This document shows positions 1 through 9,000 of a stretch of DNA of 64,000 bases, piece after piece. The notes below the pieces were generated by a model. It was not told the DNA's origin, did not search any database, and saw only the letters and a list, made by a program, of their open reading frames with translations. The stretch is from Candidatus Omnitrophota bacterium (lineage in GTDB: Bacteria; Omnitrophota; Gorgyraeia; JABMRG01; JAFGKX01). The stretch is taken from the NCBI GenBank assembly GCA_043797125.1, contig JAZDPX010000013.1:73180-137179 (forward strand). The letters are read 5' to 3'. A program made the translations under genes and the position numbers. How positions within the stretch are numbered: the first letter of the stretch is position 1; the number at the start of each line of letters is the position of its first letter.

Positions 1-690
1 GATTAAAGGGCAGAACGGAACCCCCGGTTTAATAAAAAGCCCGCCTATGCCTTTTGGCCCGTAGATCTTGTGCCCGGAGAAGGATAAGAAATCAACGCCT
101 AATTCATCCACATCCACAGGTATCTTTCCGGCCGCCTGAACCGCGTCAGTATGCATAAGCGCGCCGTATTGATGCGCCAAATCCGTAATTGCTTTTATAT
201 CCTGAATAGTGCCGATCTCGTTGTTAGCCAACATAATAGAAACAATGGCTGTTTTATCGGAGAGCTTTTCTTTCAGCTGCCGCATATTTATCTTGCCATA
301 CTCATCAACATCTATGTAATGGATAATCAGCCCCCTGCCATGAAGGCATTTGGCTGTTTCCATGATGCAGGGGTGCTCAATCTTTGAGGTGATAATCTCT
401 TTTCTTTTCCCGTGACAGACATCGCATCCTGTCACGCAGCAGGAAATGATATTTAACACGGTGTTATTTGCTTCGGAGCCGCTTCCCACAAAAATAACAT
501 CATCACTCGCTGCTCCGATAAATGACGCGACTATCTCTCTTGCGTCCTCAATCTGCCTTTTTGCCTCTCTGCCAAAGCTGTGAAGGCTCGAGGCGTTGCC
601 AAAGACCTCCATGGCATCTTTTAAGGCAATTTTTACCTCAGGATGAAGTGGGGTCGTGGCATTATAATCCAGGTAGATTTTTTTTGGCAT
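1..690 (-). CDS. Cysteine desulfurase (NifS/IscS family), 3' end truncated by the window edge. Start codon at 690..688.
   Basis: Minus-strand translation from 690 reads MPKKIYLDYNATTPLHPEV...GNASSLHSFGREAKRQIEDARE...IFVGSGSEANN...KEIITSKIEHP. These match class-V aminotransferase/IscS motifs (GNxSSxHSFG, TSGxTESNN, HIITSxxEH). It carries an unusual Cys-rich stretch SCCVTGCDVCHG. Confidence 0.8.
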   Translation of the reverse strand, partial: MPKKIYLDYNATTPLHPEVKIALKDAMEVFGNASSLHSFGREAKRQIEDAREIVASFIGAASDDVIFVGSGSEANNTVLNIISCCVTGCDVCHGKRKEIITSKIEHPCIMETAKCLHGRGLIIHYIDVDEYGKINMRQLKEKLSDKTAIVSIMLANNEIGTIQDIKAITDLAHQYGALMHTDAVQAAGKIPVDVDELGVDFLSFSGHKIYGPKGIGGLFIKPGVPFCPLI

Positions 691-748
691 TTTGATACTC
701 CTTCTGGAAATGATACCATATAAGTATCATTTTGTCAAGAGGCGTTTT

Positions 749-1243
749 TTATAATAGGTCTTTAATGGCTTCTTCGAAAAAATCTTTATCTCTGTAACCA
801 ACTACCTTTTGGACAATGTTGCCGTTGCGATCAATTATAAATGTGGTGGGAATGCCTCTTATGCCGCCGTAAGCTGACTGAACTTCCTGTGTGCCTATAA
901 GTATGGGGTAACTTATACCGTTTTCCTGCGCAAAAGACTTGACTGCGCTTGCTCCGCCCTCATCAAGGGAAATGCCGACAACTGCAAGGCCTTTATCATT
1001 ATACTGTTTATCCAATTCAACAAAATGCGGTATCTCTTCTCTGCACGGGGGGCACCACGTTGCCCAGAAATCGAGTATAACCACCTTACCTTTGAGGCCT
1101 GATGAATCAAATGAATTGCCGTTGATATCCGTTAAGGTGAAGCTCGGGGCTTGTTCCGCGGGCTCTTCATCCAGCGCCGGCGCCTGTTGGCAGCCTGTTG
1201 CCAAGAAAATCGCGCTTAATAAAATTACTGCTATGGTTTTCAT
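749..1243 (-). CDS. TlpA/ResA-like periplasmic thiol:disulfide oxidoreductase (thioredoxin fold), lipoprotein.
   Basis: 164 aa. Lipoprotein-type signal LLSAIFLATGC. Thioredoxin active site WCPPC within ILDFWATWCPPCREEIP, typical of TlpA/ResA family. Confidence 0.8.
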   Translation of the reverse strand: MKTIAVILLSAIFLATGCQQAPALDEEPAEQAPSFTLTDINGNSFDSSGLKGKVVILDFWATWCPPCREEIPHFVELDKQYNDKGLAVVGISLDEGGASAVKSFAQENGISYPILIGTQEVQSAYGGIRGIPTTFIIDRNGNIVQKVVGYRDKDFFEEAIKDLL

Positions 1244-1261
1244 TGCATGTCTCCCTTGATT

Positions 1262-1357
1262 GTAATGGTTCAGCTCTCTGAAGCACTACCGACGTAGCGG
1301 AGGCTTAAGCCTCCGCTACGTTCTAGTCTAGATGCTTACAGTGGCTAAATTATTACC
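1262..1357 (+). repeat. Palindromic MITE/REP-like element, full-length copy 1: TIR-like ends plus a 15-bp stem and 4-nt loop core.
   Basis: Sequence gtaatggttcagctc...cgacgtagcggaggcTTAAgcctccgctacg...gcttacagtggctaaattattacc. Same architecture as the copies at 14845, 34960 (reverse), 47365 and 56826. Confidence 0.8.
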
Positions 1358-1358
1358 T

Positions 1359-2093
1359 TTATTTTGAGAATTTATAGAACACTTCCGGCGTAAACCTTGA
1401 TAGCGCGGAAAGGTTATCGGTAAATATCAGCGCGCCTACAACTATAAGAAATACGCCTGCAACAACTTCGGTCCAGCGTATAAGCTTCTTGTATTTTTCG
1501 AAAAAGCGCATAAATGCGCCCACGCTAAAACCCGTAATAATAAAAGGAATACCCAAACCTAAAGAATACATAAACAACAGAAACATTCCCTTAAGCAGCG
1601 TCTTCTGCGCAGCTGCCATAGTAAGTATTCCGGCTAAAATAGGGCCAACGCAAGGAGTCCAACCAAATGCAAAGGCAAGGCCTATTAAAAACGCGCTGAA
1701 AAGCCCAGGGGTGCGCGGCTTTACTCTAAGGCGCTTTTCATAATTAAGCCAGTTGAATTTTAAAACTCCTGTTAAGTGCAGGCCCAAAGCAACAATTACA
1801 ACACCCGCTACTTTGGTCAATATATCTATATGCTTGGTAAGCAGCTTCCCTATCAGGGAAGTCGATGCCCCTAATGATACGAAAACCAATGAGAATCCAA
1901 AAACAAAAAATATCGATGTAAGTCCGGCCTTGGTGAGGGCCCTGCGCCTTTGCCCGCCCTGGCGCAATTGCTCTATTGATACGCCTGATAAAAATGAAAT
2001 GTAGCCCGGGACAAGCGGCAGCACGCATGGCGAGAGAAAAGAAAGTACGCCTGCTAAAAACGCTACCGGGATAGAAATTTGATTTGTATCCAT
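1359..2093 (-). CDS. ccdA: Cytochrome c-type biogenesis / thiol-disulfide transmembrane electron-transfer protein CcdA (DsbD family).
   Basis: 244 aa polytopic membrane protein with the two conserved CcdA cysteines, in LSPCVLPLVPGY and WTPCVGPILAGIL. Confidence 0.8.
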   Translation of the reverse strand: MDTNQISIPVAFLAGVLSFLSPCVLPLVPGYISFLSGVSIEQLRQGGQRRRALTKAGLTSIFFVFGFSLVFVSLGASTSLIGKLLTKHIDILTKVAGVVIVALGLHLTGVLKFNWLNYEKRLRVKPRTPGLFSAFLIGLAFAFGWTPCVGPILAGILTMAAAQKTLLKGMFLLFMYSLGLGIPFIITGFSVGAFMRFFEKYKKLIRWTEVVAGVFLIVVGALIFTDNLSALSRFTPEVFYKFSK

Positions 2094-2138
2094 AAATAAT
2101 ATGCCGCCTCCATTGGCATAGAGGCGGCCTTTAAAAAA

Positions 2139-2375
2139 TTATTCCATGTTATCTAAGGCTTCTTGAATAAGCGGAAGGATAGAGGTTATCTCTTCTTTGC
2201 TTAGCCTGCCGAGTTTGGCAAATTTGTAATTTCCATCGTCATCTTTATTCTCGCGGCTGATCTGAAGTTTTTTAGCTCCCTGGTTATAGGAATAGATGCT
2301 TACAGTAAGACGGCTGGTATCATTCTCCCATGTCTTTGCAAACAGAGACTCATCTAAGCTGCTATTATACGGCAT
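2139..2375 (-). CDS. Small hypothetical protein, 78 aa.
   Basis: ORF in operon context between ccdA and the LTXXQ gene. No recognisable motif. Confidence 0.35.
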   Translation of the reverse strand: MPYNSSLDESLFAKTWENDTSRLTVSIYSYNQGAKKLQISRENKDDDGNYKFAKLGRLSKEEITSILPLIQEALDNME

Positions 2376-2395
2376 ATTTCTCTCCTTCTTTAGCT

Positions 2396-2443
2396 GTTAG
2401 TAGCGCAGGCTTAAGCCTGCGCTACTAATGTAGATAACTCAAC
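2396..2443 (+). repeat. Palindrome-only short copy of the MITE/REP-like family.
   Basis: ttagtagcgcaggcTTAAgcctgcgctactaa followed by tgtagataactc. The stem carries compensatory changes (gcgcagg/cctgcgc) relative to copies with gcggagg/cctccgc. Confidence 0.65.
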
Positions 2444-2487
2444 ATTTTAAGTAGTAATGATATAACATCTGCTAAAAAAAGGCAAGC

Positions 2488-2585
2488 GAAATCCCTCGCT
2501 TTCATCAGGATTTCGTCCCGAGCAAATGCGAGGGGAGAAATCCCTCGCTTTCATCAGGATTTCGTCCCGAGCAAATGCGAGGGAA
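2488..2585. repeat. Tandem direct duplication, 2 x 49 nt. Each unit contains two overlapping, mutually exclusive inverted repeats.
   Basis: Unit gaaatccctcgctttcatcaggatttcgtcccgagcaaatgcgagggga repeated head-to-tail. Stem A is gaaatcc/ggatttc, stem B is ccctcgc/gcgaggg, and the two share nucleotides. Confidence 0.8.
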
Positions 2586-2586
2586 A

Positions 2587-3138
2587 TTAATTTTGTTCCC
2601 CACTCATCCCCATGCCGCATTCTCCGCCTTTGCCCATTTTACCCATCTTGCCCTTTTTGCCTTTCATATTCGAGCACATTTCGGTAAACTTGTCAAATTG
2701 CTCAGACGTTAGAATAGCCTTGGTCTGCAAAATATTAGCTACTCTACCATCAACCTTCTGGGCCTGCAAGCTCTTAACTTCAGCAGCTATGCTGTTTATT
2801 ACAGCTGTGTCTGAAGTTGCGCTATCCAGCGCCTGTCGCAGGTTTTCTTCCTTTTCTTTCAGGGCCTGGCATATCTGGTCCATCTGCGTCCTATGCGCCT
2901 CGCGCAGGCTCTTAAGCTTGTCCTGCTGCTCCTGGGTAAGCCCAAGCTCCTTATCCATGCTGCTGCACATATCTTCAGGTTTTATCTCCTTGTTACAGTG
3001 CGGGCATACAATGGTTTTACCTTTACGGCTTCCATACATACCCCCATGCTCTGCATATGCCGGCATAGAAGCAATTAATAATGCTGCAATGCCCATAAAA
3101 ACTATTGCTTTCTTAAAATTTGCATTCATTGTTTTCAC
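2587..3138 (-). CDS. Periplasmic LTXXQ-motif stress protein (CpxP/Spy/ZraP family) with Gly/Met/Lys-rich C-terminal tail.
   Basis: 183 aa. Signal peptide MKTMNANFKKAIVFMGIAALLIASMPAYA. LTQEQQDKLKSLREAHRTQM matches the LTXXQ motif. C-terminal GKKGKMGKMGKGGECGMGMSGEQN suggests metal binding. Confidence 0.6.
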   Translation of the reverse strand: MKTMNANFKKAIVFMGIAALLIASMPAYAEHGGMYGSRKGKTIVCPHCNKEIKPEDMCSSMDKELGLTQEQQDKLKSLREAHRTQMDQICQALKEKEENLRQALDSATSDTAVINSIAAEVKSLQAQKVDGRVANILQTKAILTSEQFDKFTEMCSNMKGKKGKMGKMGKGGECGMGMSGEQN

Positions 3139-3191
3139 CTCCTATCATTATCTTAGACAAACAAAACCGTCAATAAGTTCCTTTAGTTCTT

Positions 3192-3236
3192 CGGTAGCGG
3201 AGCCTTAAGGCTCCGCTACACTTGTGGATAACTCGC
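3192..3236 (+). repeat. Palindrome-only short copy of the MITE/REP-like family.
   Basis: gtagcggagccTTAAggctccgctac, with a compensatory gcc/ggc variant of the stem, followed by acttgtggataactc. Confidence 0.65.
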
Positions 3237-3245
3237 CTTATCCTT

Positions 3246-3713
3246 TTACAGGAAATATTCTTCCACGGCGCTGCTAAGATTCTCATTATCCTGTTCTTCA
3301 TAATCATTTGTATTGCCATTGCCGCTGGTTAAAGAAACAAGAAATTGCGCCTGTTCCTGTAAATATACTTCGGCTGTATCGTGCCTGACAGACAGCCGCA
3401 TTATAAAAGAAAACGCTATAATCAAAACTGTTAGAATTGCCGCAGCCGCAAACGCGGGCCTTGGCATATGAAAAAAGGCAGGCTTTGGCGCGCTTTCTAT
3501 TTTATCTTTAATATTATACCAGAGCGCCTTAGGGGCGTTCTTTTTTTCTGCCTGCTTTAACGGCTCTACGGCTGTTTTGCGCATAGCTTCCTCGAAACGC
3601 TTACATTCGCTGCAGGCGCTTAGATGAAGCGTTATTTCTTTGCGCAGCCCTTCGCTAATCTCGTTATCAAGATAATCCGTGATAATTATTTCCTGAATTT
3701 CCTTACAATTCAT
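3246..3713 (-). CDS. Anti-sigma factor (zinc-finger ZAS-like, single TM) cognate to the upstream ECF sigma. The ORF track extends it to 3746; the likely start is 3713, overlapping the sigma stop by 11 nt.
   Basis: HLSACSECKRF (HxxxCxxC zinc anti-sigma motif), one hydrophobic TM segment AAAAILTVLIIAFSFIM, located immediately 3' of the ECF sigma gene. Confidence 0.65.
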   Translation of the reverse strand: MNCKEIQEIIITDYLDNEISEGLRKEITLHLSACSECKRFEEAMRKTAVEPLKQAEKKNAPKALWYNIKDKIESAPKPAFFHMPRPAFAAAAILTVLIIAFSFIMRLSVRHDTAEVYLQEQAQFLVSLTSGNGNTNDYEEQDNENLSSAVEEYFL

Positions 3714-4239
3714 TTTTACCGCCCCTTTTGCCAAATTGAGTAACAAGCGCCTCCCTGGCCCTCTTAAGCCTTGAGCGCACGGTATTTATATTAATCTTTA
3801 AGGTGTCCGCTATCTCCTGATAGCTTAGGCCTTCTATGTTTCTTAACACTATGCAGGAACGCTGCTCGGGGTTAAGCGCGGCTAACAAAGATTTAATTAG
3901 CGCTTCGTTTGGCTGCTCTTTAGTTTCGGCTGCTATATCATCGGTAAGCTCTACGAGCTTGCCTGATTCCCTGGTTCTTTTTTTACATGTATTTATGGCG
4001 GTATTAACAGCTATTCTGTAGGCCCATGTTTTAAATGACGAGCGGAATTGGAAATTTTTAAGGTTCTTATATATGTTTACAAACACATCCTGCGTAATTT
4101 CTTTGGCGTCTTCGGCGTTATTAGCCATGCGAAAAGCAAGATTATACACAAAATCAGAGCTTACATCATATATGCTCTGAAAAGCGCTCATATTGCCCTC
4201 CGATGCCTCTTTTATAATGTTATCCGGTATATCCTGCAT
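3703..4239 (-). CDS. ECF-type RNA polymerase sigma-70 factor (RpoE-like).
   Basis: 178 aa. Region-2 motif DVFVNIYKNLKNFQFRSSFKTWAYRIAVNTAIN. Region-4 HTH SYQEIADTLKININTVRSRLKRAREAL. Confidence 0.85.
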   Translation of the reverse strand: MQDIPDNIIKEASEGNMSAFQSIYDVSSDFVYNLAFRMANNAEDAKEITQDVFVNIYKNLKNFQFRSSFKTWAYRIAVNTAINTCKKRTRESGKLVELTDDIAAETKEQPNEALIKSLLAALNPEQRSCIVLRNIEGLSYQEIADTLKININTVRSRLKRAREALVTQFGKRGGKNEL

Positions 4240-4254
4240 CTTTCCTCTATTATA

Positions 4255-4290
4255 TTAGACAGCCAAACCCTCTAAAAAGTTCCGGTTAAT
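4255..4290 (-). promoter_or_regulatory. Candidate ECF-type autoregulated promoter upstream of the sigma gene.
   Basis: Minus strand reads GGAACtttttagagggtttggcTGTCTaa, i.e. GGAAC-N17-(T/C)GTC, about 20 nt upstream of the RBS aggaaag-ATG. Resembles the ECF -35 AAC / -10 CGTC architecture. Confidence 0.35.
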
Positions 4291-4305
4291 TATACCCTGC
4301 AAAAC

Positions 4306-4334
4306 AAAAAACCCCAAGCTAAATTTGCTTGGGG
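4306..4334 (-). terminator. Rho-independent terminator downstream of the 528-aa secreted-protein gene.
   Basis: Minus strand: ccccaagc-aaattta-gcttgggg hairpin followed by uuuuuu. Confidence 0.6.
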
Positions 4335-4362
4335 TGAAAATAACAATTTTTCTTGTTAATGT

Positions 4363-5949
4363 TTATGCGGCCATATTAAATCCAGCAAATATGGAATCCG
4401 AACTTTGTACTTTAAGCTTGAACATGTCCATTGACTTATCTATTTTACTATTGCCTTGAACAAGGGATAGCTTAGATATTGTTTCTATGTCATCTTCCGA
4501 TACAAGAGTAATTGGCGGTTGGATTTTGTATTCAACTTCTAATTTGCTAAATTCCGTTTGCCTATTACAACCATTAAAAAAATCTTTAGCCACAATCGCA
4601 TATATCATGCCTGATTTATCCAAGGCGAAATTTATAAGCGGGCATGGCCCAAAATATGTAAAAGTTGCACGCTCACGAAAACTGCTCTCTCCAGCGCTTT
4701 CCTGCTTATCCTTATCTTCATAAGAGCTGGTAACTATTGTTTTATCCTTACCAAAGGTGATGTTGTGTTTCATATCCGTGTCTGTGCCATCGGTCAACTT
4801 GCGATATGAGGCTTCGAATTTAATTTCTTCGCCGGAGCTTAGAGTTACAACAAAGTAATTTCTGTCAGCGCCGCCTAATTTGCGCTCCGAGTCTGATTTG
4901 TTGCGCGTTAAGTGGCCGCTGGTTTTATTTTTATAATCGTTATATATATAAAGATGATAACCCTTTTCTTGCATAATCTTTCCTAATTTTTCAAATAGCT
5001 CGGAGTAAGAAACATTTTCTACGGAGGCCATAATATCCGGACTAATCGGATATAACGCTTTTGTTTTTCCGGCTGCAGGCTCAAGTATAAACATACTCGG
5101 TTTGTTAGTCAATGAATGGCCCAATTCTGCGTTTTCATATTTTTCATAAAATTCTTTAGTTACATATGCCTTAACACATACGCCCCTATCGTTTCCAGCA
5201 TCATAAACCACCAATCCAAAACCTCTGATGGGGTTTGGGCCTTTAATCACAACGCCTTTTGAGCTTGAATAATAGCCGTCTTTTTTGTGTTGCTCCTTAG
5301 GGAAATCGATCGCGCCGATGCATTCAGAAATTTCTGCTTTATCTTTGCCAAATATAAATTCATCGCGGGAAAACAATCTTTCATTGTATTCGTCTTTTTC
5401 GGAATATGTGCGGTCTTTTGATTTTCTAAAAATCAGAGTGCCGTCTTTTTGTAAAATAATTTCGTCGGTTTCGAAATTAGTTTTGCGCACATATCTTATT
5501 CCTTCCCCGGAAGGGGCTATTTCCAGGTTAAACTTCGCACAAGGATATTGCATGTCTGATATTGCTTTTCCAATTACTAGTACTAATGCCCGGAATAGTT
5601 CAAGGTTGGGATTGACGCCTTCTTGCGGGGGTATTTCCATCCTAAAGCCCTCATGCGGAGAATACATACTTGATATTTCAACTTCAAGTTCTGGTGTTAT
5701 TTTAAAGCTGCTAATAAAGTTGCTGTTAAAGATATCTGTGAGATTAAAATCTTTCTTAGGCAACCCTCCTTCTACTATTCTGAATATTCTAAAAGAAGCA
5801 GGCCTTAATGCAGATGCATTATATTGTTTTTGATTAAAATAAGGCGTGGAATTTAAAATTTGCGTGGAAGTAAATAAAAGTGCTATTGTAGTTGATAGTA
5901 TCTTACGCATAATATTAGCCCGTTCCATATTAACAGCTGATACAGCCAT
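4363..5949 (-). CDS. Hypothetical secreted protein, about 515-528 aa. Probable true start is MRKILS at 5910.
   Basis: Long ORF co-directional with and immediately downstream of the giant gene. N-terminal signal-like MRKILSTTIALLFTSTQILNS. No recognisable catalytic motif. Confidence 0.6.
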   Translation of the reverse strand: MAVSAVNMERANIMRKILSTTIALLFTSTQILNSTPYFNQKQYNASALRPASFRIFRIVEGGLPKKDFNLTDIFNSNFISSFKITPELEVEISSMYSPHEGFRMEIPPQEGVNPNLELFRALVLVIGKAISDMQYPCAKFNLEIAPSGEGIRYVRKTNFETDEIILQKDGTLIFRKSKDRTYSEKDEYNERLFSRDEFIFGKDKAEISECIGAIDFPKEQHKKDGYYSSSKGVVIKGPNPIRGFGLVVYDAGNDRGVCVKAYVTKEFYEKYENAELGHSLTNKPSMFILEPAAGKTKALYPISPDIMASVENVSYSELFEKLGKIMQEKGYHLYIYNDYKNKTSGHLTRNKSDSERKLGGADRNYFVVTLSSGEEIKFEASYRKLTDGTDTDMKHNITFGKDKTIVTSSYEDKDKQESAGESSFRERATFTYFGPCPLINFALDKSGMIYAIVAKDFFNGCNRQTEFSKLEVEYKIQPPITLVSEDDIETISKLSLVQGNSKIDKSMDMFKLKVQSSDSIFAGFNMAA

Positions 5950-6011
5950 TATAAAAGCGGCGCTTAGGGGAAATATGTTTTCCGCTTAAGGCTGTGGCTA
6001 TCCAAGCAGAT

Positions 6012-9000
6012 TTAAGCTGCTTGCTGCAGTGCCACAGCGACTTTTTCATCAACTCTTCTTGGCAGAATCTCTTCCTTTTGATCCTTTACTTTATCGAACG
6101 TCTGTTTCCTGTACTCTTTTAAAAGCTCGAGAAATTCACTATCATCTGAAAATTTAAAAACTTTAATGTTATTACCTGAGCTGTTTCCGTTTGCATCGTT
6201 GATCTTTTTCTTGATTATCTTTATAGCATCATATCCAACCCTTACTATATCCTTTTCGCTAGCTAATCTTCTCCATTGATCCCAATATATATCAACGCCT
6301 GACCATGCTGCGCCAAGCATCATAATATCGTAAGTTACAAAACTTAGGCCTGTGCCTAATTCTTTAAAATGTTCAATATATTTATCTAAACTCAATGTAT
6401 CTGAAGGAGTAGCTATATTGATACCGACCTGCAACCCGTCCTGGCCAGGTATCAGATTCATTTCTTTCAGTATGTGTTTCCAGGCGATAACAACTGCCCC
6501 TGCCTGAGTGCCTTGCAAATCAGTAATTTGCAAGCCAAGACGCTTCTTCTGCTGAACGCCTAACTTATCGCGCGCTTCTTTAAAAGCCTGCAATTCTAAA
6601 CGATTTATCGGATAGAAATCACTTATCGCCTTAGCTGCGCCTTTTAAGCCATAATCGGGGTTAGGATTGACATCTTCAACTAAGAATGAACCCACAAGCA
6701 TATTGCTAAGTTCAGCGCAATTAAGGCTGGTTGTCGTATGGATAACAAACTCTTCTGTATTATTCTTTAAAGTATCTAGAATGTGCTGCTTAAATACTTG
6801 CCTGATAAACTCATCCGCTGTTTTGTCTTCCTGTTTGAGTAATGAAGATATGTCATTTTTAAGTTGCTTGATATATTTTTCTCTTACGGCATCCTGCTTG
6901 GGAATCTCGATGCTTTTGTTTTTTGCAATATTATTACAAATATTTTCAAGTGAAGTTTTTATGCTATCTTCCGGAAGACCTTTTATCTTTTGCATAAACC
7001 TGCCGAGTAGATCCTTTTTTTCTGATTCATCAGAAATTTTAGAAATCTTGTCTGCTTCATCATATAAATCACCGATGTGTTTATTAAATATCTCGGCAAA
7101 ATTTTTCTCAAAATTTTTCTCATCGCTGCCGTAGGCGTGTATAAGCAAAGGATGAAACTTAAATGCGCCATATGCATCATTTGCGTTTTCCCTGACAGCC
7201 AATTCTTCGTTTACAGCAGGCTCAATCTCCGGTATCGGCAGCGATCTAGGCTCTACCTTTTCTCTTTTCACTTTTAAATCGCCTTCGTAAATTTTGCCTG
7301 CCTTATAGTCTATTGTAACAAATTTACCGTTTAATTTTGTTTTTTCTTTTCCTATATTTTTCGATATTACTTTTACCCTTGTCGGAATAATACTTTTGCC
7401 TGCGTCAAATACATCCCAGTCCTCCAGGCTGACGCCTGCATCTATGATTATAGCTTTTGCATACTGCAGATCATCCCAATCAATGCCCTGCCTCTCAAGG
7501 CCTTCTGTTGTATTATCCCAGGCCTTATTCCATGCCTTTAAGATGCCACTGCGCGAGTTTTCGTCGAAGTTCATATTTTCTAATTTGTTCAAAAATTTAT
7601 CTGAAGTAATACTGTATAAATTGGCCCACACATAAACATTTTCAGAAACTTCTCTCACCAAGCCTTTCTCCAGCAGGATATTAAAATCTTTCTCCTTCAT
7701 CGTTTCTAGAAACTCTTGTTTTTGCATTAACACAAAATTTTTAGTTAAAACAACTATTTTATTATATACACTCATAGTGCTCTGCGCGCTTTCCGGGCTT
7801 TGCAATTTCATAAATTCTTTTTTCTTGGTAAGCTCATCGCCTTTAAGGCCTTTTAAACTGTTTGGCACCAAATCATCCTTATCATCTATAAAAATAATTT
7901 CACCCTTAATAACGCCTTCGTCCTGCCTAATTTCGTCACCATTTGATTTTAAATCAATTAATATGTTTCTGTCTTTGGAAGGCACGTCTATTTCTTTCAT
8001 TGCGGACATAGCATCATAACGCACCATTGATGCGAGCAGCCTTACCGACATGGTACTTACCCCAAAAGAATTAAGCAAGGCCATTACTTTGCCTGCTAAA
8101 TCATAACGGCGTATTTTAACCAGATTTGTCACTAACTCACCGCATAATTTTGTAATTATTTCATGGTTATCAGCCTCTCTTACCACAGCCTCAATAAGCT
8201 GCAATATAGTATAGGCACCCTCAAAAGCCAATGGCAGGTTCTTATTGCTTTTATCATAGTAATATCCGCTTTTAATTATTTCATCTATTGCTTGTATCGC
8301 TGCCGGGTCTTCTATTTTTAGCTTTGTTTTGTAGTCCTCCCTGCAGGCTTTTGAGGCTATATAAGTATAGTCATTGGTCCCGAATGAGAAAAAGACGGAT
8401 TCTACTCCGTATTTTTTATATTTTTCCTTAATTTGATTCAGCCTTTCGCTTATTTCAGAGATCTGCATAGCGCAACTCGGCACTTCAATCATAATGCCAA
8501 CTTCTCTTGGAAGCATACCTTTTTTACCTGCCGCCATTTGCAAAGCCCTATCCATAATTTCAAGCTCATTGGCAAATCTTATAAACACATAAAAAAAAGA
8601 CTGGTTGCGCGTATTTTTGTGAGCGTCTATAACAGCCTCTATTAAAAAAGAAAGTACTTTCTGGTCGTAATGTTCGAGCTTAATGCCTCGCAAGCCGACA
8701 AATGGATTTTTCCCGGGCTCTGCAAATATGTCGCCTATCAAGCCTCTTATTTTATCCATAGCAAAATCGTATGACCTGGCGCTTGCTTTCTGCATTGAGC
8801 CGCAGCAAAAACCCATCAGATTATAAAAATTATAGAAATTCTTCGAAAGATATTCCTGCGCCGATGCGCACCCCCCTTCTTTAATCTTTTCTTCTGTCTT
8901 TTTTATAACATATTCATTAGCTTTCATTTTTTCAATTATATTGTAGTCATAATTAAAATTTCTTTCCATTTCCCCGTAATAGTGCGCAATGAGATTTGCT

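Noticed and set aside
2488-2585. Possible CRISPR array
   Set aside because: Only two directly abutting repeat units with no spacers and no cas genes nearby. Interpreted as a tandem duplication or structured RNA element instead.
2612-3208. 198-aa plus-strand ORF antisense to the LTXXQ gene
   Set aside because: Low-complexity Leu/Ser/Pro-rich translation with no motifs. The minus-strand frame has a signal peptide and an LTXXQ motif.
3222-3236. Perfect DnaA-box-like 9-mer TGTGGATAA (and a one-mismatch copy near 2432) next to the short palindromes
   Set aside because: A single 9-mer match is expected by chance at this window size. There is no cluster of boxes, no AT-rich DUE and no strand-bias switch, so it is not oriC.
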